Source of the DNA: Paragordius varius
Taxonomy: Eukaryota > Animalia > Nematomorpha
Assembly: GCA_964247055.1 (NCBI GenBank)
Contig: OZ176056.1
Span: 3,968,001-4,032,000, forward strand
DNA length: 64,000 bases
Direction of reading: 5' to 3'
In this document: piece by piece, positions 38,647 through 53,151 of the stretch
How positions within the stretch are numbered: the first letter of the stretch is position 1
Layout of the letters: each line of letters begins with the position of its first letter
Program-made: the position numbers and the translations under genes
The notes under the pieces: generated by a model
The model's database searches: none
Told to the model about the DNA's origin: nothing
Seen by the model: the letters and a program-made list of their open reading frames with translations, nothing else

Positions 38647-41600
38647 CTAAAACTTAAAATTTGTCATATTGTTCTTTGTTTTAAGGATAGTTTTCTAAAT
38701 AATTATTGTAGTATCATATAAAAGTGAAAAATATATAAGATTGATAAAAATATTTATCTTATCCGCACCGCGCTATGATTAAAACAAATGATAATATATA
38801 TTTTATTATTAAACAAATCGGTATGCTCCAATTAATATAATATACTAATATATAAAAATAATTTTATAATTAAAAAAACTTTTTTAATATATATAACTAA
38901 CTAACTTTCTGTGTCTACTTCCATATTTTCTTATTTTATTCGTTAATATATATATATGAAAATTATAATTATTTTTAACTTTTGGAACAATAGATTATAA
39001 AAAGTAAAAATAACTGTAAAAATTAATCAAAATAAAAAGAATAAAAAAATATTCACTGTGAAATTTATTTTTAACTGCACAATAACTAACAGATATTTCC
39101 AGCTGGAACTCAAGGATTATAATGATTTAGCGGTGGCTCTTATTGTATAAGATTGCTTAAAAAAATTTTTATCAAACAATTATAAAAGTTAAAGTTAGTT
39201 TATATAATAAAGTTAAATCACTTGACAAAAAATTTTCACTTTTTCATAGACACCAGGGTTACCAAAATAATTAAAGATTTAGTACCGTCATCCTAATATT
39301 TATATATTTCGAAAATTGTTTTAATAAATAATATATTTATATATGTCAAGGTTTTATGGTGTCTAATTTGCTACGGAAAATATATTACTCTTACATCTAA
39401 GACTAAATTCTCAGGATTGTGTGTTAAAAATTAATATAAAAATAATAATCTTTAATTTGATTCTTTATATGAAATATTTACAATAGAATTGTTTATTATA
39501 TAAGAAAAATCAAATAAAAGTATTGTGGTCATTTGAGAAAATCTATTTTTCAAGAGTTACACAGTATAAAAATTGAAATATACGGACAAAACGTAAAAAT
39601 ATAAAGACAAATATTTTAATTAAAAGAAAATTTAGTTACGAGATAAAATATCGATGGTGTTAGTAAAACCTCTCTATTTCCGCTTTGCTACATAAACAAT
39701 GATTTATATTGAAATCAATCAAGTCTAAAAAAATGGGTTGTCTTTATTTTTACCTTTTGTCCGTATATTTCGGTTTTAAAAAAATGTTTAAATCGTTGAA
39801 AAGAGAGTTTTATCCGTAATTTATTTGTTCAAACAAATAAAACCAAATTTAAATTTATAATATACCTTTAAACTATTGTTGGAAGTATCTATGTATGTTA
39901 TACATCATTCATGCTAAAGCTTTATGTAAAATAATTTTTTAAAAAAGAAAAAGAACTTTGTTAAAAAAGTTTGTCATGAAAATATATTTGAAAAATTTAA
40001 ATTCAATTAGTGCGGCGTACCCAACTATCCATGTTAAATTTATCTTATAATTCAGGAAGGACAGTTTTTTAAGGCTTAATAATATTAAAATATATGTAAA
40101 TTATTATATAAAAATTCTGAATATATATAAATAAAAATATAATAAACTAAGAACTAACCTTAGGCAAATTTAGACAATGGTGAATAAAAAAATAAGATAT
40201 ATGTGATGGTTAAAATCTTTTGAAATAAAATATTGAATAATAAAAATTTAACATTAATATAATGAAACTAAGATCTTTAATTAAGTTAGCAAATGTGTTC
40301 AATTAACATAATTTTTTTGCGGCATTTTTTTTATCAAAAAATACATAAAAGAATATCAAAAAATTAATTTTATAATTCGATTTTAAAAAATTATAAAATA
40401 AAATTCCAAAAGTTCATATAAAATTAATGGTTATAAAATTACTAAATTAGGATTAAGAGCCAGGAAAATATATTACCATTTAAACAGATTTTAATGTTTG
40501 AAACTATGAAGTAACTTTGCAAAAGTTTTCTAAATCTATTATATAAACAAAAAGGGGATTTGCATTTAAAATGAATATATAATGCAAGAATAAAACAAAT
40601 TTATCTTGAGATTATAAATAATGAACTTCTAAACAAATTGATGATGATGATAGATTGATGAGGATCAACGTTTTCATGTAACATGTATGGCGTACAATAA
40701 ATAATATATTTAAGGATAAATAATTTAAGTCCAAAAATTAAAAAAGAGTAGAATTTTAAAAATTAAATTAATAATTTTTACAGAATAACATTTAAATTTA
40801 CCTTTAAAAATTTGAATTTTGTGTGTGGTTGATATAAAGTATGAATAACAATCAGTTGGGGTATTTTTATGTCAATATTTAAGTTTAATTTTTTCAACAA
40901 CAGGCATCAGTTAATTGCGTTAAAAACATATAAATTATTAAAAAAAAGTATAATTAATTAGCAGATCCTACCAAAAATTTTTAAATAAAATATATCTTTC
41001 ATAGAAAAATAAATAGGAATTCTTGCCTATAATTTTTGGTCTGTAGGTAATTTAATAAAAATGCTTGCTTTTGTAGTATTTGCCTAAATTCAAAAAATCA
41101 TAAGAGAATGCTAAATAAAATATTTTTGGGGATATGAAATTTATTCCAAAATAATTATTAGCACTTCATTACCTTTTAGATTCCTTGTCCTAGAGTACTT
41201 TTTGGGTTATTTTTATTCCAGTTTATAACAGTACACATTGTCATGGGTCCATTATCTCATATATTAATTGTTATATTAAGGAAACTAAAAAAAATTTATT
41301 TTCTGCTACCCAAAAGTGTAAATAAAAGCTTATATTTTTTCATTTTAGCAAATTTTAGAGCTAAAATTGGGCAGTTTAAGAACACGATTGAAACGAGCAC
41401 CAGATATTGAAATCAAAATATATCTAATTAAATGTAGCCTGAAAGCCAAAGTTAATTAAATACATTTTCTAACCATATTATAAATCTATTTTCTTTCATT
41501 ACATTATCACATAAACATAAAAAGATAAAATAGATGTATTCTGATAGAAAAATATATCGAGTTTATCATGTTGGTTTGGCACCCAAGTGTGTTATTAACA

Positions 41601-43791
41601 TTTTGTGCTCATATTCCGTATCAAAAAATGGCAAAATATGTACATATTTTTAAACAATTTTTTGAAAACTATCCAAGGAATATCATTAAAATATATAATA
41701 AAAAAAGCAAAACAATTATAATGTTTTAGTTTTTAAACTTTGGTTCCGAAATCCAAATTTTTTCACTCTATAGTTTATTTTCTTATGCGCAAAATTTTTA
41801 CTTATAATAAATTTTGACATTAAAAAAATAATTTTAAAAAAATGCATAGTTTTACAAATATTTAATTTCTTGAAATTTTTTTTGAAGACTTCATCATATT
41901 TTTAGACATGATGGAAACGGAAAAGGCTATTAGATATTATAAAAGCACCTTTCTATAATTCGATGATGCTGAACATTTATATCACCTGAGAATTTTGATT
42001 TAAATATTCCCTCGTCTTCGGATTTATACTAAATATTAATTATCGTTTTTTATAAAAATTTCACCAAAAATCAAAGGTAAACAATCCTTTAATATCAAAT
42101 TATATAGATGAAGTGTTTTTACAATATTTAAGTATACCGTTTTCATCGAAAATTAGTATGAGGTAGGCTTCAACTAAATTATGCTACAAATTAAATAGTA
42201 TGCTTTTTTAAAAAAATATTTTTTTTTCATATCAAAAATTTAACATATAACTATGATTATTATCCTACAATCCCGTCATTTTTGCGTTAATTTTAAAAGA
42301 ACTAAAAGCGAAAAAATGTTGGACTTTCAGAGCCCACATTTAAAAATTAAAGTAATTTAAAAATACTCTTTTGTGTTTCATAGGTAGTTTATTATATATT
42401 TTGGTGATATTTTACCAAAAAAATTTAATAAAAATGTGCGCAATTTAGCCATTTTCTGATATAGAGCACTTACCACATAAGTGTAAATAACTTTCTTATA
42501 TTTATCGTAAGGGCCAAAACAAAAAGCATGTCCTAAAACATTTACCTATCAGAATATTAATATTTCAGACAGTTAATTAGAATATCTCAAAAAATAGTTT
42601 CACCATTCGACAAAATTTAAATATTTTAATCTATTAGACGCTAGACATACAAATATTATAAAAAATGCAGAATTGTAAAAAACTCTCGCCTCAAACTTTT
42701 TGACCGCCATTTTTCCTTCCATATGAATGCTAATAGAACAAAAAAATAAATATATATTATAAAAAAATATAAATTTTAATTTGGAAAGCTTTCATATCAC
42801 AAATTACCAGTAATTTTTAAATATATATGAATAGCTGATTCTAATCTTTCTTTGTAACTATCCAATCGGTCTATAGAAGTTAAAAAGCTGTAAAAAATTC
42901 CAAACTCCTTTATCTAATACAGGAGAAGAGGGTTTATCAATTGAATTTAACCAAAACAACTTTCAGATTTTTTTGTCGTCTCGTATAAACAAATAGAATA
43001 TGATGAAGTTTTAAATTTTGTTGTATAATTGTTCGGAATTTCAATATAAGACCGATTTCACAATATCTTATGATGTTTTTTACCGCTACCACTACCTCAA
43101 AATTACATAAAATACGCTTCAATAAATGTGTTAAAAATTAAATTGCAAGCCAATTTTCAAAATTGTTATCGCCAATCGACTTTATGTTAATAAGGGTAGC
43201 TTATTTTAGGATGGGCAAAAACTAAGCTTTCCACACGAAAAATTAAAGTTTTTTAAAAATATTTTTATGCTTTTTACACAGGGTTCACAAAAATATTGTG
43301 ATGAAATATATAAATTCTGATTGTTATACCAGGATACTCATGATACTTTTGGTTTTGACTTGATATAAGAAAGTTGTTACCACTTTTGTGGCTGCTCAAT
43401 ATCAGAAAATAGCAAAATTTTGGCACATTTTGTTATATAAACATTTTGGGTAGCCGTCCAAAAATATTACTAAAAAATATGATAAGCTGTTTATAATAAG
43501 CAAACAATATTTTCATATTTTGATTTTCGATATGAGCGCCGAAAGTCTCACATTTTGGACCCGTACAAAATGGGCAGATTTTTTTCTTTAATTTATGTTA
43601 AATGTTTTAATAAAGCATGAAAATTTAAAATAAATTTTTGAAACAAAATTGTATAAAAAAGTGTTTTGAAATGTCTTAGCATATTGTAAAATAATATTAA
43701 TATTATATTTGACTGCAAATTTTTGGATCATTTTAAGCTCTATTGATATTATACTTGGTTGTTTTCTGCAAAAGTTGGATACGCCTATATC

Positions 43792-45897
43792 CTAGCTTAA
43801 ATCTCTGGCTGCTACGTAGCCCGAGGAAGTCCTTCGAACTTTTTAAGGGGGGGGGGGGGGGCATTTTTGAAAAAAGGGATCAACAAAATTGTGATCCATA
43901 TATATATATATATATATATAATTTATTTCGAACATTATTTAATAGTTATGATTTTAGGATTTTCCAAACGGTGCAGTGTGCATTCATATTAATATATTAT
44001 TTACTAGTGTAAAGGCCCCAAATTGAGGATTAACGGAAAAAAACGCTATACTATAATTTTTACCTTTTTATGGGTATTATTTAGAGCCTTTATTAAACTC
44101 GTATGGCTTTTTTAAAAAAATTACTCTAAAACTACATCATTTTGTATGGCGTCTCAGTTTTAAACCGGTACTCCCCTACCAAGCCTTATATGAAGCGTTG
44201 AGTAAAACTCTTTGCCTTTATAGGGCAAATATTTGGAACAATCTTTGATACCATCGTCTCATATGTTATTCGAAAAATAACATAACACTAAATAATCGTT
44301 ATATTATGGCTTATTTTTAGGGCATAAAGGCCCCAAATAACGCCCAATAAAAAACGCCTGATTATAATTTATAGATAGTTACGGGTAATATTTCCAGCTT
44401 TTAAAAAGCTCATATGGCCTCATATATTTTCTGTAAATTTCAAAACAACCCAATTACTATATAGTGGTGCAGTTTTTGGCGGTTAGCTCTACCAAGGGGC
44501 AGGTATAAAAAGGCGTTAAAATTTTTGCTTTTATATAGGGAATGTAGGGAAATATTATGGATCCCATACTATAAGTTCTTGAAAATATTGCTTCAAAACT
44601 AAAAAATTGGGCGGTGCATTTTTTAGGGCGTAAAACTTTACTTAGCGACTCGTTTAAATAACCCCTATACTAAAATATTTGTAAGGGGTACCAAATATTT
44701 AAGTCCTTATTTCACTGACACAATCTCATAGGTTTTCTAAAGTTTGGCTCCAAAGGCATGCTGTATCGATATGGTGATGCAGTTTTATTCGTATAGCCCC
44801 CTATACAGGGGCGAAACAAAAAAAACGCTCGATTAAAATTGCCTTAATTTATGTAATACATGAAGCGATTCTTGCTCTCGTGGGATCGAAAAATTGCCTC
44901 AAACCAAAAAGTCATTCTATGGTGGCGCATTTTTCTAGACAAGAGCCTAATTAAGGGATAATTTAATAAAACCGCTCGACTTAAATTCTTGTCTTTTTAC
45001 GGGTAATATTTCAGGCCATTATACCTATATGATCTGATAAGATTTATGAAGATTAACTCCTAAACAACGCAATTTCGATAAAGGTGGCATAGTTTTAGGC
45101 GGGTAGCTTCCTACCCAGGGGCTGGTACAAAACAAGCGCTTGATTAAACTTTTTTACGGAATACCTGTAATTATGATTGATTCCATATGCTCTCATTAGT
45201 TTTTGGAATTGCTTTAAAACTAAAAACTCATTCTATGGTCGGGCCCTTTTCAGGGCGTGAACGGCCTAATTAACAGCTAATTCAAAAAACGACATAAATT
45301 TTTGCCTTGTTACGGGTATGATTTTAAGCAGCTATTGAAATGATATGGCCTGATAGTTCTTCTGAAATTTGGCCCCAAAGCTCTATTTTGATATAATGGG
45401 GCAGTTTTTAGCGGGTATCTCCTTACCCAATAGCCAATATAAAAGAAACGCACGACTAAAATTTTTGCCTTTAAACAGGGAACACCTTGAATCCTCAGTG
45501 AATTGCCTTGGGCGAAAAATAGATTTAAAATATTATTGTGGACTTATTTTTTTAAAAAAATGGCAATTTGCGGGGAGAGCGGGTTAAAAGAGGGCCTCGA
45601 GCCGACTAGTTCGGTGCAATCGAAAAAAAAGTAAAAAAATCATATTTGAAATTGAATGGTCCAACACGTTTTTTGGAAAATTATCTCAAAGACACGATTT
45701 TTGTCGACATCTGTTTTCAAAAAAACCCGTTTTACACGGGGTGGGCCCAAACTGGGGACCTAATTCCAAAAAAGAGCGAGGCTATTGTCGGGGTATTCAT
45801 TAATGATATTCTTTCGACATTTGGATTTGAATGAGTTTACCGGTTTTCCGGAAACAGATCTCAAAGCCAGCATTTTCCATTTTTACAAATATATAGA
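43792..45897 (-). mobile_element. Non-autonomous Helitron-like element B with ~9 units of the ~157-bp array
   Basis: The minus-strand 5' end is A|TCTATATATTTGTAAAAATGG at 45897. Array anchors at 44223, 44381, 44538, 44685, ~44850, 45001, 45158, 45314, 45478. A putative 3' end has the palindrome GCTACGTAGC and CTAG at 43792-43795 (uncertain). It contains a G15 run at 43847-43861. Confidence 0.6.
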
Positions 45898-46500
45898 TTT
45901 CGAGAAATTTAAAAAAACATGACTCTGCAGCTCTCAATTTTTCAATGGCAGACTATTTTTTCTGATGTTTAATTAATATATATTTCTATTATTTAACTAA
46001 TCAGATAAAAACCGAATAAAAAATTCTTGCCATCTTAAATAATTTATTTTTCTGAAACGAGTTGTGCATTAGAGGGAAAAAATATATCAAAATGTAAACT
46101 ATTTTGTTTCATATTTTATGAAGTTTTAATTCGTATTATACATATTAAAAATAAATTATTGATAATAAATATACTATGTTCAATAACTTATAAATTTAAA
46201 AATATTTTTTAAAATTAAAAATACTAAATATTTATATATCACCTAATTAAAAAAGATTAACGTATTATATGTAAATGCCGCTTATGATTACAATGGATAT
46301 TTCAATCAACACAATAGAGAATGCGGTATTTTGCGTCATTAAAAATACTAATAATTCTTTTTTCAAGGAAAAAATATTAATAAAGTGTCGAAAAAATATT
46401 TTTTTGCAATAAACCCCCGAAATTCTTAGCACCGAGTAAATGGTATATAAGTGATTAATTTTTATATATATTATAAATAATATATCCTAACATTTTCGTT

Positions 46501-48422
46501 ATGCATAAAATTTGCCTTTACAATTTTTTAATTGTATTTTTGTACGTTTCTACGTTATTTAGCGAGCCAATCGATATCCCTCAAATAAAACATATTCATG
46601 TCCAAAGAGGTATATTTATAATAAGCTTTTTTGTTTTAATTCGCCAGAAATCTATCAAGGTTGAATGTTTTAGTAAATATAATTTGTAAAAATATTTTAT
46701 GGTAGAAATCCGTATTCAGACCCAACTCAGTCATCCCACAGTCATTAGTAGCCATCATGAAAAAGCTTGCCGAGTTATTAAGAAAGTATCGCCTGGAGAT
46801 CCTAAAACCCCCTTCAAAATATTTCAAATTCAATCCGGCTTCCCTGTTAAATTTGATAAAAGTATATATATAATTGTATCATTTCAGATCAAATAATTTA
46901 TAAGATTTGATAACTGAAATCTTTTATATTTTGATTTAGTATTCAGTAAGAATACCCCATCTTTTCTCCGATTACAAAACTGTCACTTGAGCATGACAAT
47001 AGAGAAACCATTGTACCCCACTGATGTTAATATAAGTAATAATTTAATTAATAAAATATTTTTGTTAATTTTATTTAAATTTATATTTTTTTATTATATT
47101 TCCAGCTCTAACTTTGAATAAAACTTCGATAAATTTGAATGATTTGGTAACCGAGACGCATATCAAACAGCTATTTGAAACTGATAACTTTTTTCAACAC
47201 ATCCAAACCAACCACCATAAAAGCGATAATGATAATATAATTAAATGGTTTAATTTGACCGCTCATGTAAGAAGCGAAAATAAAGGCCCACCTTATGATA
47301 TAAATAAATATCTTAACTTTTTACGAAATAACATGAATACTGTAAATAGCAATACTAACTTAAACAATGGAGAAGATCCTTTGTTTGATGGATCAGGGAA
47401 TGGAGAGAAATGGCAAAATAGGGATTTTTTTAGCCCAAACTTTAATGAAACTAGCAGTCATCAATTTGATAGTCTTGAAGTAAAAGAACTAAACGATCAA
47501 ATAGTAGAAAAGACAAAGGACAATCATGGTGTAATTAGCCTTCTAAATTCTTACATACACCTGGCTTATGAAAATATTTGGAATTATCTTTTCGCCAAAA
47601 ATACTCGTGATATCGATACCCAAAATGATAAAAATTTAGTTTTTCAAGATTATTACAGAAATAATAACAATAATGCAAATCAGTTTGATAATATACGTAA
47701 TCAACGGTTTAAGGAACCTTTGAACGAAATATTTCCCCTTTCCACACCGGAAACTTTTAAAAAATTAGAGATTAAGTCTGAAGAAAATGCCATATTATCC
47801 GCAGTAAATCTAAGATCATTCAGTATTTATGTTGATGCTTTAAGTCACATAACCATGGGACAGTTTGTTTTGGATCTTAATAATGTTTTCGTCTCTAATA
47901 CGCATGAAGGCAATCACGGAGAAAACTTAAATGAAGTTAAAATGTTGGGCAAAAAATCGAATGTTAAAACTAACCTTGAAGAAACCCTTTTAATTAATGT
48001 ATGATATTTTTTTCAATCAAAAAATATTTTCGGAAAATACTTTTTTATATGGTAGTGAAAATAACAAAACTTTAAAATGGGTAAAAAATATGTTACTTGT
48101 CTCTAGGGCCGTAGTATTGATAAAAATTTCATAGCTGTTTAAAACATTTGCAGAATATTTATGTCCTAAAAATTATTATCAAAAAAATTAAGTATTACTT
48201 CTCTAGGGCGGGGTTTGGATAGTTTTTATATAAACTATACTCGTAATAAATTTAAATAAAAGATTTTCCATTTTTTAGGGAATGACCAATTATTCAAATA
48301 TTAATCTATATAATATAAAATATATTATTTCCTTTTTTATATAGGTTGGCCCTAGTGATGGAAATAAAGTCCATTTTGTTATATCGAAAGCAACAAATTT
48401 TATAACCCAAAATCACAATTAA
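46501..48422 (+). CDS. Orphan secreted Asn-rich protein X (~360 aa); exons 46501-46609, 47106-47998, 48345-48422; possibly the N-terminal part of the downstream hyaluronidase
   Basis: Exon 1 encodes a signal-peptide-like MHKICLYNFLIVFLYVSTLFSEP and ends AGAG|GT (phase 1). Exon 2 acceptor is TTTCCAG|CT. Exon 2 is an 893-nt open frame with EDPLFDGSGNG and N-glycosylation sequons. Donor AAT|GTATGA joins in phase 0 to VGPSDGNKVHFVISKATNFITQNHN*. Confidence 0.8.
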
Positions 48423-51400
48423 ACGCATTTTTGATTTGATTATTATCATACAAATATATGGAATTCATCTTTTCAGATCATATATTCAATATCATCACAT
48501 CTTCAATTTTTTTCAAAATAAATTAATCATTTATCCATATTAACAACTTTTTAATATAAATTTATTTGATTATTATAATTTTTACCACAATAAATAACTT
48601 ATAAATTATATTTATTGAATATCACTTATTATCAATTATTCAATGTAAAATTATAAACCACATATAGCGCGGTTTAACGGTTTCATATAAAATAACTCCT
48701 ATTTGAAAAAATATTTTAAGGAATTTTCTCTTCGATTCCATTCTTTTTTTTGTCGATCCGATTTCAATTTTGGTTGTATTTTTCCAACTTCATACACACC
48801 TTAATGATTGTGATACATTTTTCTGAAAGTCAAAAAAATACTTTTATATTTCAAATATAACAAAAATATCTGAAACCAAAAAATTAAAAATAATATTTTT
48901 GAGACTGTTTAAAACTGTAGTCCGAATTTAAAAACTGTTCTAGAACTAAAAAAAAAATAAATCTCTTATGAAATTATTTTTTCCCTACATTGTATATAAC
49001 ATGTTTCTTTATATAATTCACACTTTGTATTGATAAAAATTTTGTTATTGATTATATTGTGGAAAACCAATCATTTTAATTGAAAAAAATTAAATTGGAT
49101 TTTGGACGAAGTGCATGGGTTTAAGGTTTATTATTGAATATTTAATCCTTGCTTAATTTATTTACAAAGATGGTTGGTTCATGAATAATAGATTATAAAA
49201 GCACACAGATATTCAAGGGCATTTTTATATTAATATATTAATTATGTTTTTATAAAAAATTTTAAACAAATCATAAGCCAATGCAATCCATAAAAATCAT
49301 TTTGGATTATTTAATTTTATCATATTTGTATAATTTTGCAACAATTGATTATCATTGATTGTTAGTAATATTGTAATATTTTAAAAAATAATCAACCAGC
49401 GTAATGATTTTATTATTGAAAGTATTGACTGTGGAAGTATATGCTATTATTATAGTAAGACAATTTAATATTTCTTTCATACATATTCAAACGTTCAAAA
49501 TTAACTCTTGAACATTTCAAATTTAACACCTTTGAGGAGTCGAATTAACCCTTAATATCGTTTTTTTGTAACTTTTATTTGAATTCTTTACTTTCATTGA
49601 TATAAAAATAAAATTAAAAATATGGTAAACTATGCCAAAAACAAATTTTTTCGATAATAAATTAATTTAAAAATATTTATTTAAGGGGGAATTTGAATTA
49701 GGTCGAATAAGATATGTTCAAAGGTTTTTTTGCAAATAAAGCGATAAAATACTTAATAGTGGTTCAATTAACCCAGTGATACTTTATTTGTATCTGGTTT
49801 CGAAAAATTTATCAATTACAACTAAAAAAACATTTCTTATGGTAAACGCACGCCATAACAATAATTTATAACAAATCAATAGCTTCGATATAAGAATAAT
49901 TTAGTTAGGTTAATATAATTAAGAATGCTTTTAAAAATTTCGAGCATTCTAATGTTCATTATGCCGTTTTTAGACTCAAAATTATTTTTGAAATTATTTA
50001 ATCTTAGATTGAGTCTTATTTTTTGGCCTGTAAAAATTATATCATTGAACTTTTAGATTCAAACAATGATACCAGGTTTAAAAAGCGCTACTTTAAGCCC
50101 CTCCGACTTTCAAATCATTTGGAATGCACCCACAGAAGTTTGTGGAAAACGGTAAAATAAAATGTACCTTAAAATTATTACAAGACATAAATATACAATT
50201 TGGTAAAAATATATATTTTTGTCCATTTATTTAATTTAAATAATTTTGCAGAATATATTGACAAAAAGGCTTAGGTAAAAATGTATACAAAACAATTAGG
50301 ATATCATACTAAAATTTTAGTCCAAAATGTATTTTATGGTTTGCATTAACCTAAAATAAAATACTAACCAAATTTAAATCCTTAAGCCAGATGATAATTA
50401 TCAAACGATTCCGCAGTGTGTCGTATATAACCAATATAAAATTTATATTTAAACAATAAAAATCTCTGATCCAAATATGGGTCAAGAATATTTTAATAGA
50501 TAGCAAGCACGAAAAAGTTTTAACCTTATCGGGATTCGTATAAACCATAAAATTAAATGAAAAATATTGAATGTCAAAACTAAAAAATCACATTTATGAT
50601 ATACACTAGATATGGCCATGATTTAAATATCTCATCCTATGGGATCATTTCAAATAATGAAGAACGATGGAACGGGGAATTAATAAATTTGCTTTATATA
50701 ACACAAATGGGTCTGTGGCCTCGGTTAATTGTAAGAAATGCCCGAAATAAATCTAGAGAACCCTAGATATTGATGAAATAATCAATGACGGTCTACCACA
50801 TAAAGCTAATTTACAATCACACTTTCAAAAATTAGAATCTGATATTAAGAAATATATACCTGACCCTAATTATTCGGTAGATATATTAAATTAAAATTAA
50901 TTTTATTGAATACGATTCTAACTTTTTATCATTGTTATTTCCTCAAGGGATTAGCCGTATTTGATATGGAGGAATATTTACCAAATTGGAACAACATGCG
51001 CTTTGGTCCCTATCTAAAATACAGGGTATTTTCGTAATTTAACGCATTGATTTTGTGCTAAATTTGCGTTGTAATTTTGAAGTATAAATCAATCTAATTT
51101 AATTAGACTCTTTTTAATTTGATGCACAAAATCCCTTATTCAACAAGAAGTTATTCTGCTATTTCCAATTTAACGGAAACTTTACAGTATATTAGTGGCT
51201 CTAATGCCATAAAGCTAATATAAATACACTGGTGAAAATATACAAAACAGCTGATGATTTAAGTTTTTTGGGTGGTAAACAGATTTAAAATATTCAAATT
51301 TACGACACTATTAAATAGTTCACAAAATTTATTAATTAAATATCTTCTCACATATTGACAGTGGCAGTTTCAGATGCAATATTTCACTCATACAAAGATT

Positions 51401-53111
51401 AGTTTGAAAAATATAAAAAAATTTATTATGCAAGATTAATTTTTGAAGGAATTTAATTTTTTTTATTTTATTTTTTTCTATTAAGCATTATGCCCAAAAG
51501 ATATATAAATCAGAACATCCAAATGTTAATACAAGCTATGCCATAACTAATGCAGGAAAGGAATTTGAAGCCGGATTAAAGCATATGATTTTAGAAACAT
51601 TGTTTAAAGCCAAAGCTCAAAGACCCAAGGCGCTTTGGGGTTACTGGGGTTATCCCAAGTGTACCAGGTTTGAATCAGAAATGACTTGATATACATATTT
51701 TTAAACTATTTTTAGTGTCCTGTTATAAACCTACCTACCTAAACGCTAAATTTTTTTTATCGGAAAATGGAATCTCGTTGGCTTTTTATTCATTAATTTA
51801 GCTAGAGTTTAAGGGCGCAAAACGATATCAACCCAAATCAGAAACACTATATGCCAATATAAGAATTTCGCTAATACAACAATTTGTCAGGCTTAGGTTT
51901 TATGGAAAACCAATAGGTTTTTTTTAGAAAACTAGGATTGGCAAATAATGCAGCTCTTCTTGAACATGTCATTAAAATTCACACTTAAATATTTCGAACA
52001 ATTTATTTATCCTAAAATTGTTTTAATTTTAAGCTAAATTAACTCGAAGCGATATTACTTTAACAAAGTTTAACATTTTTTCTGCTTTATAACTCTTCAA
52101 AAAACATTTTTTGAAAATATCAAATAATATTCCTTTCAAAAAACCTTGTTTAAAAAAGTTTTATATATGATTCAATATGCGAAAATATGCACGCAACCTT
52201 TTATTTTAACCAATTACAGAAAGACAAATTATTTTTAGTTATTGTATAACAAGGGTTTACAACACAAATGACTTAGCGGGCTGCATATTCGGATCAAAAC
52301 ATCCGATGGCCGCATTCGTAATATATATAGTTAATTGACAAATATTTTATCAGATATAAAACATAAGACTGTAAAAATTACTATTTATTTTAATAATTTT
52401 GGTTAGTTAATTGCCGAAATTCAAAAAGACTTATGCAAAAATTTGTTAAAGAAGTTTTTTTTTCGATTGATTTTGTATTCATATTTAAAGTTTCACGCGG
52501 GCTGGAGAAATATTTCAAAGAGCGGACGCGGCCACAGGCTTTGAATGCCCCTGTTGTAAATAAATCAAAATGATATTACAAAAAATGAATTTGGAGAGAA
52601 ATGTAATATTAAATATATTTTTTAAAATTTACAGAACTTTAAATGATTTACAATGTGATGCAATTAAACGTAAGCAAAACAATGCAATAAAATGGATGTT
52701 CCATCATTCCAAAGCCCTATTCCCAGCCATGTATTTGAATGAGAAAGCCTTGCCTGATGTGGAACATCGTGGCATATTTATGATAAAAAGTAGAAATTGC
52801 TAATTTTGAATATTTTAAAGTTTAAAACATATGTTGGGCATTGATTTGTTTTACAGTAAATACTAAAATATTAAGACAAAACATAGTATTATAAAGAGAC
52901 AAATATATATTTTTAAAGACAACCTCTTGATTTTTCTATATAAATTATTAGATTACAATGGTATAATTGTGTTACCAATTTACATCTCTATTTCCTATAT
53001 TGCAGTTTAATACAATGAGTTAGTTATTTTTAAGTTTTGAAAAATACAGAGCGGTATTTTGGAAAAAATATTTGTCTTTATGATATTTTGTCTGTATAAT
53101 TTCAATTTTAA

Positions 53112-53151
<40 letters not shown>

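Noticed and set aside
38900-43700. Possible upstream RAPGEF1 exons or a promoter
   Set aside because: The sequence is very AT-rich with repeat fragments, and no exon or regulatory site could be supported from sequence alone.
43847-43861. G15 run as a functional G-quadruplex or regulatory site
   Set aside because: It is a single homopolymer within a repeat element. Its length is assembly-sensitive and there is no other support.
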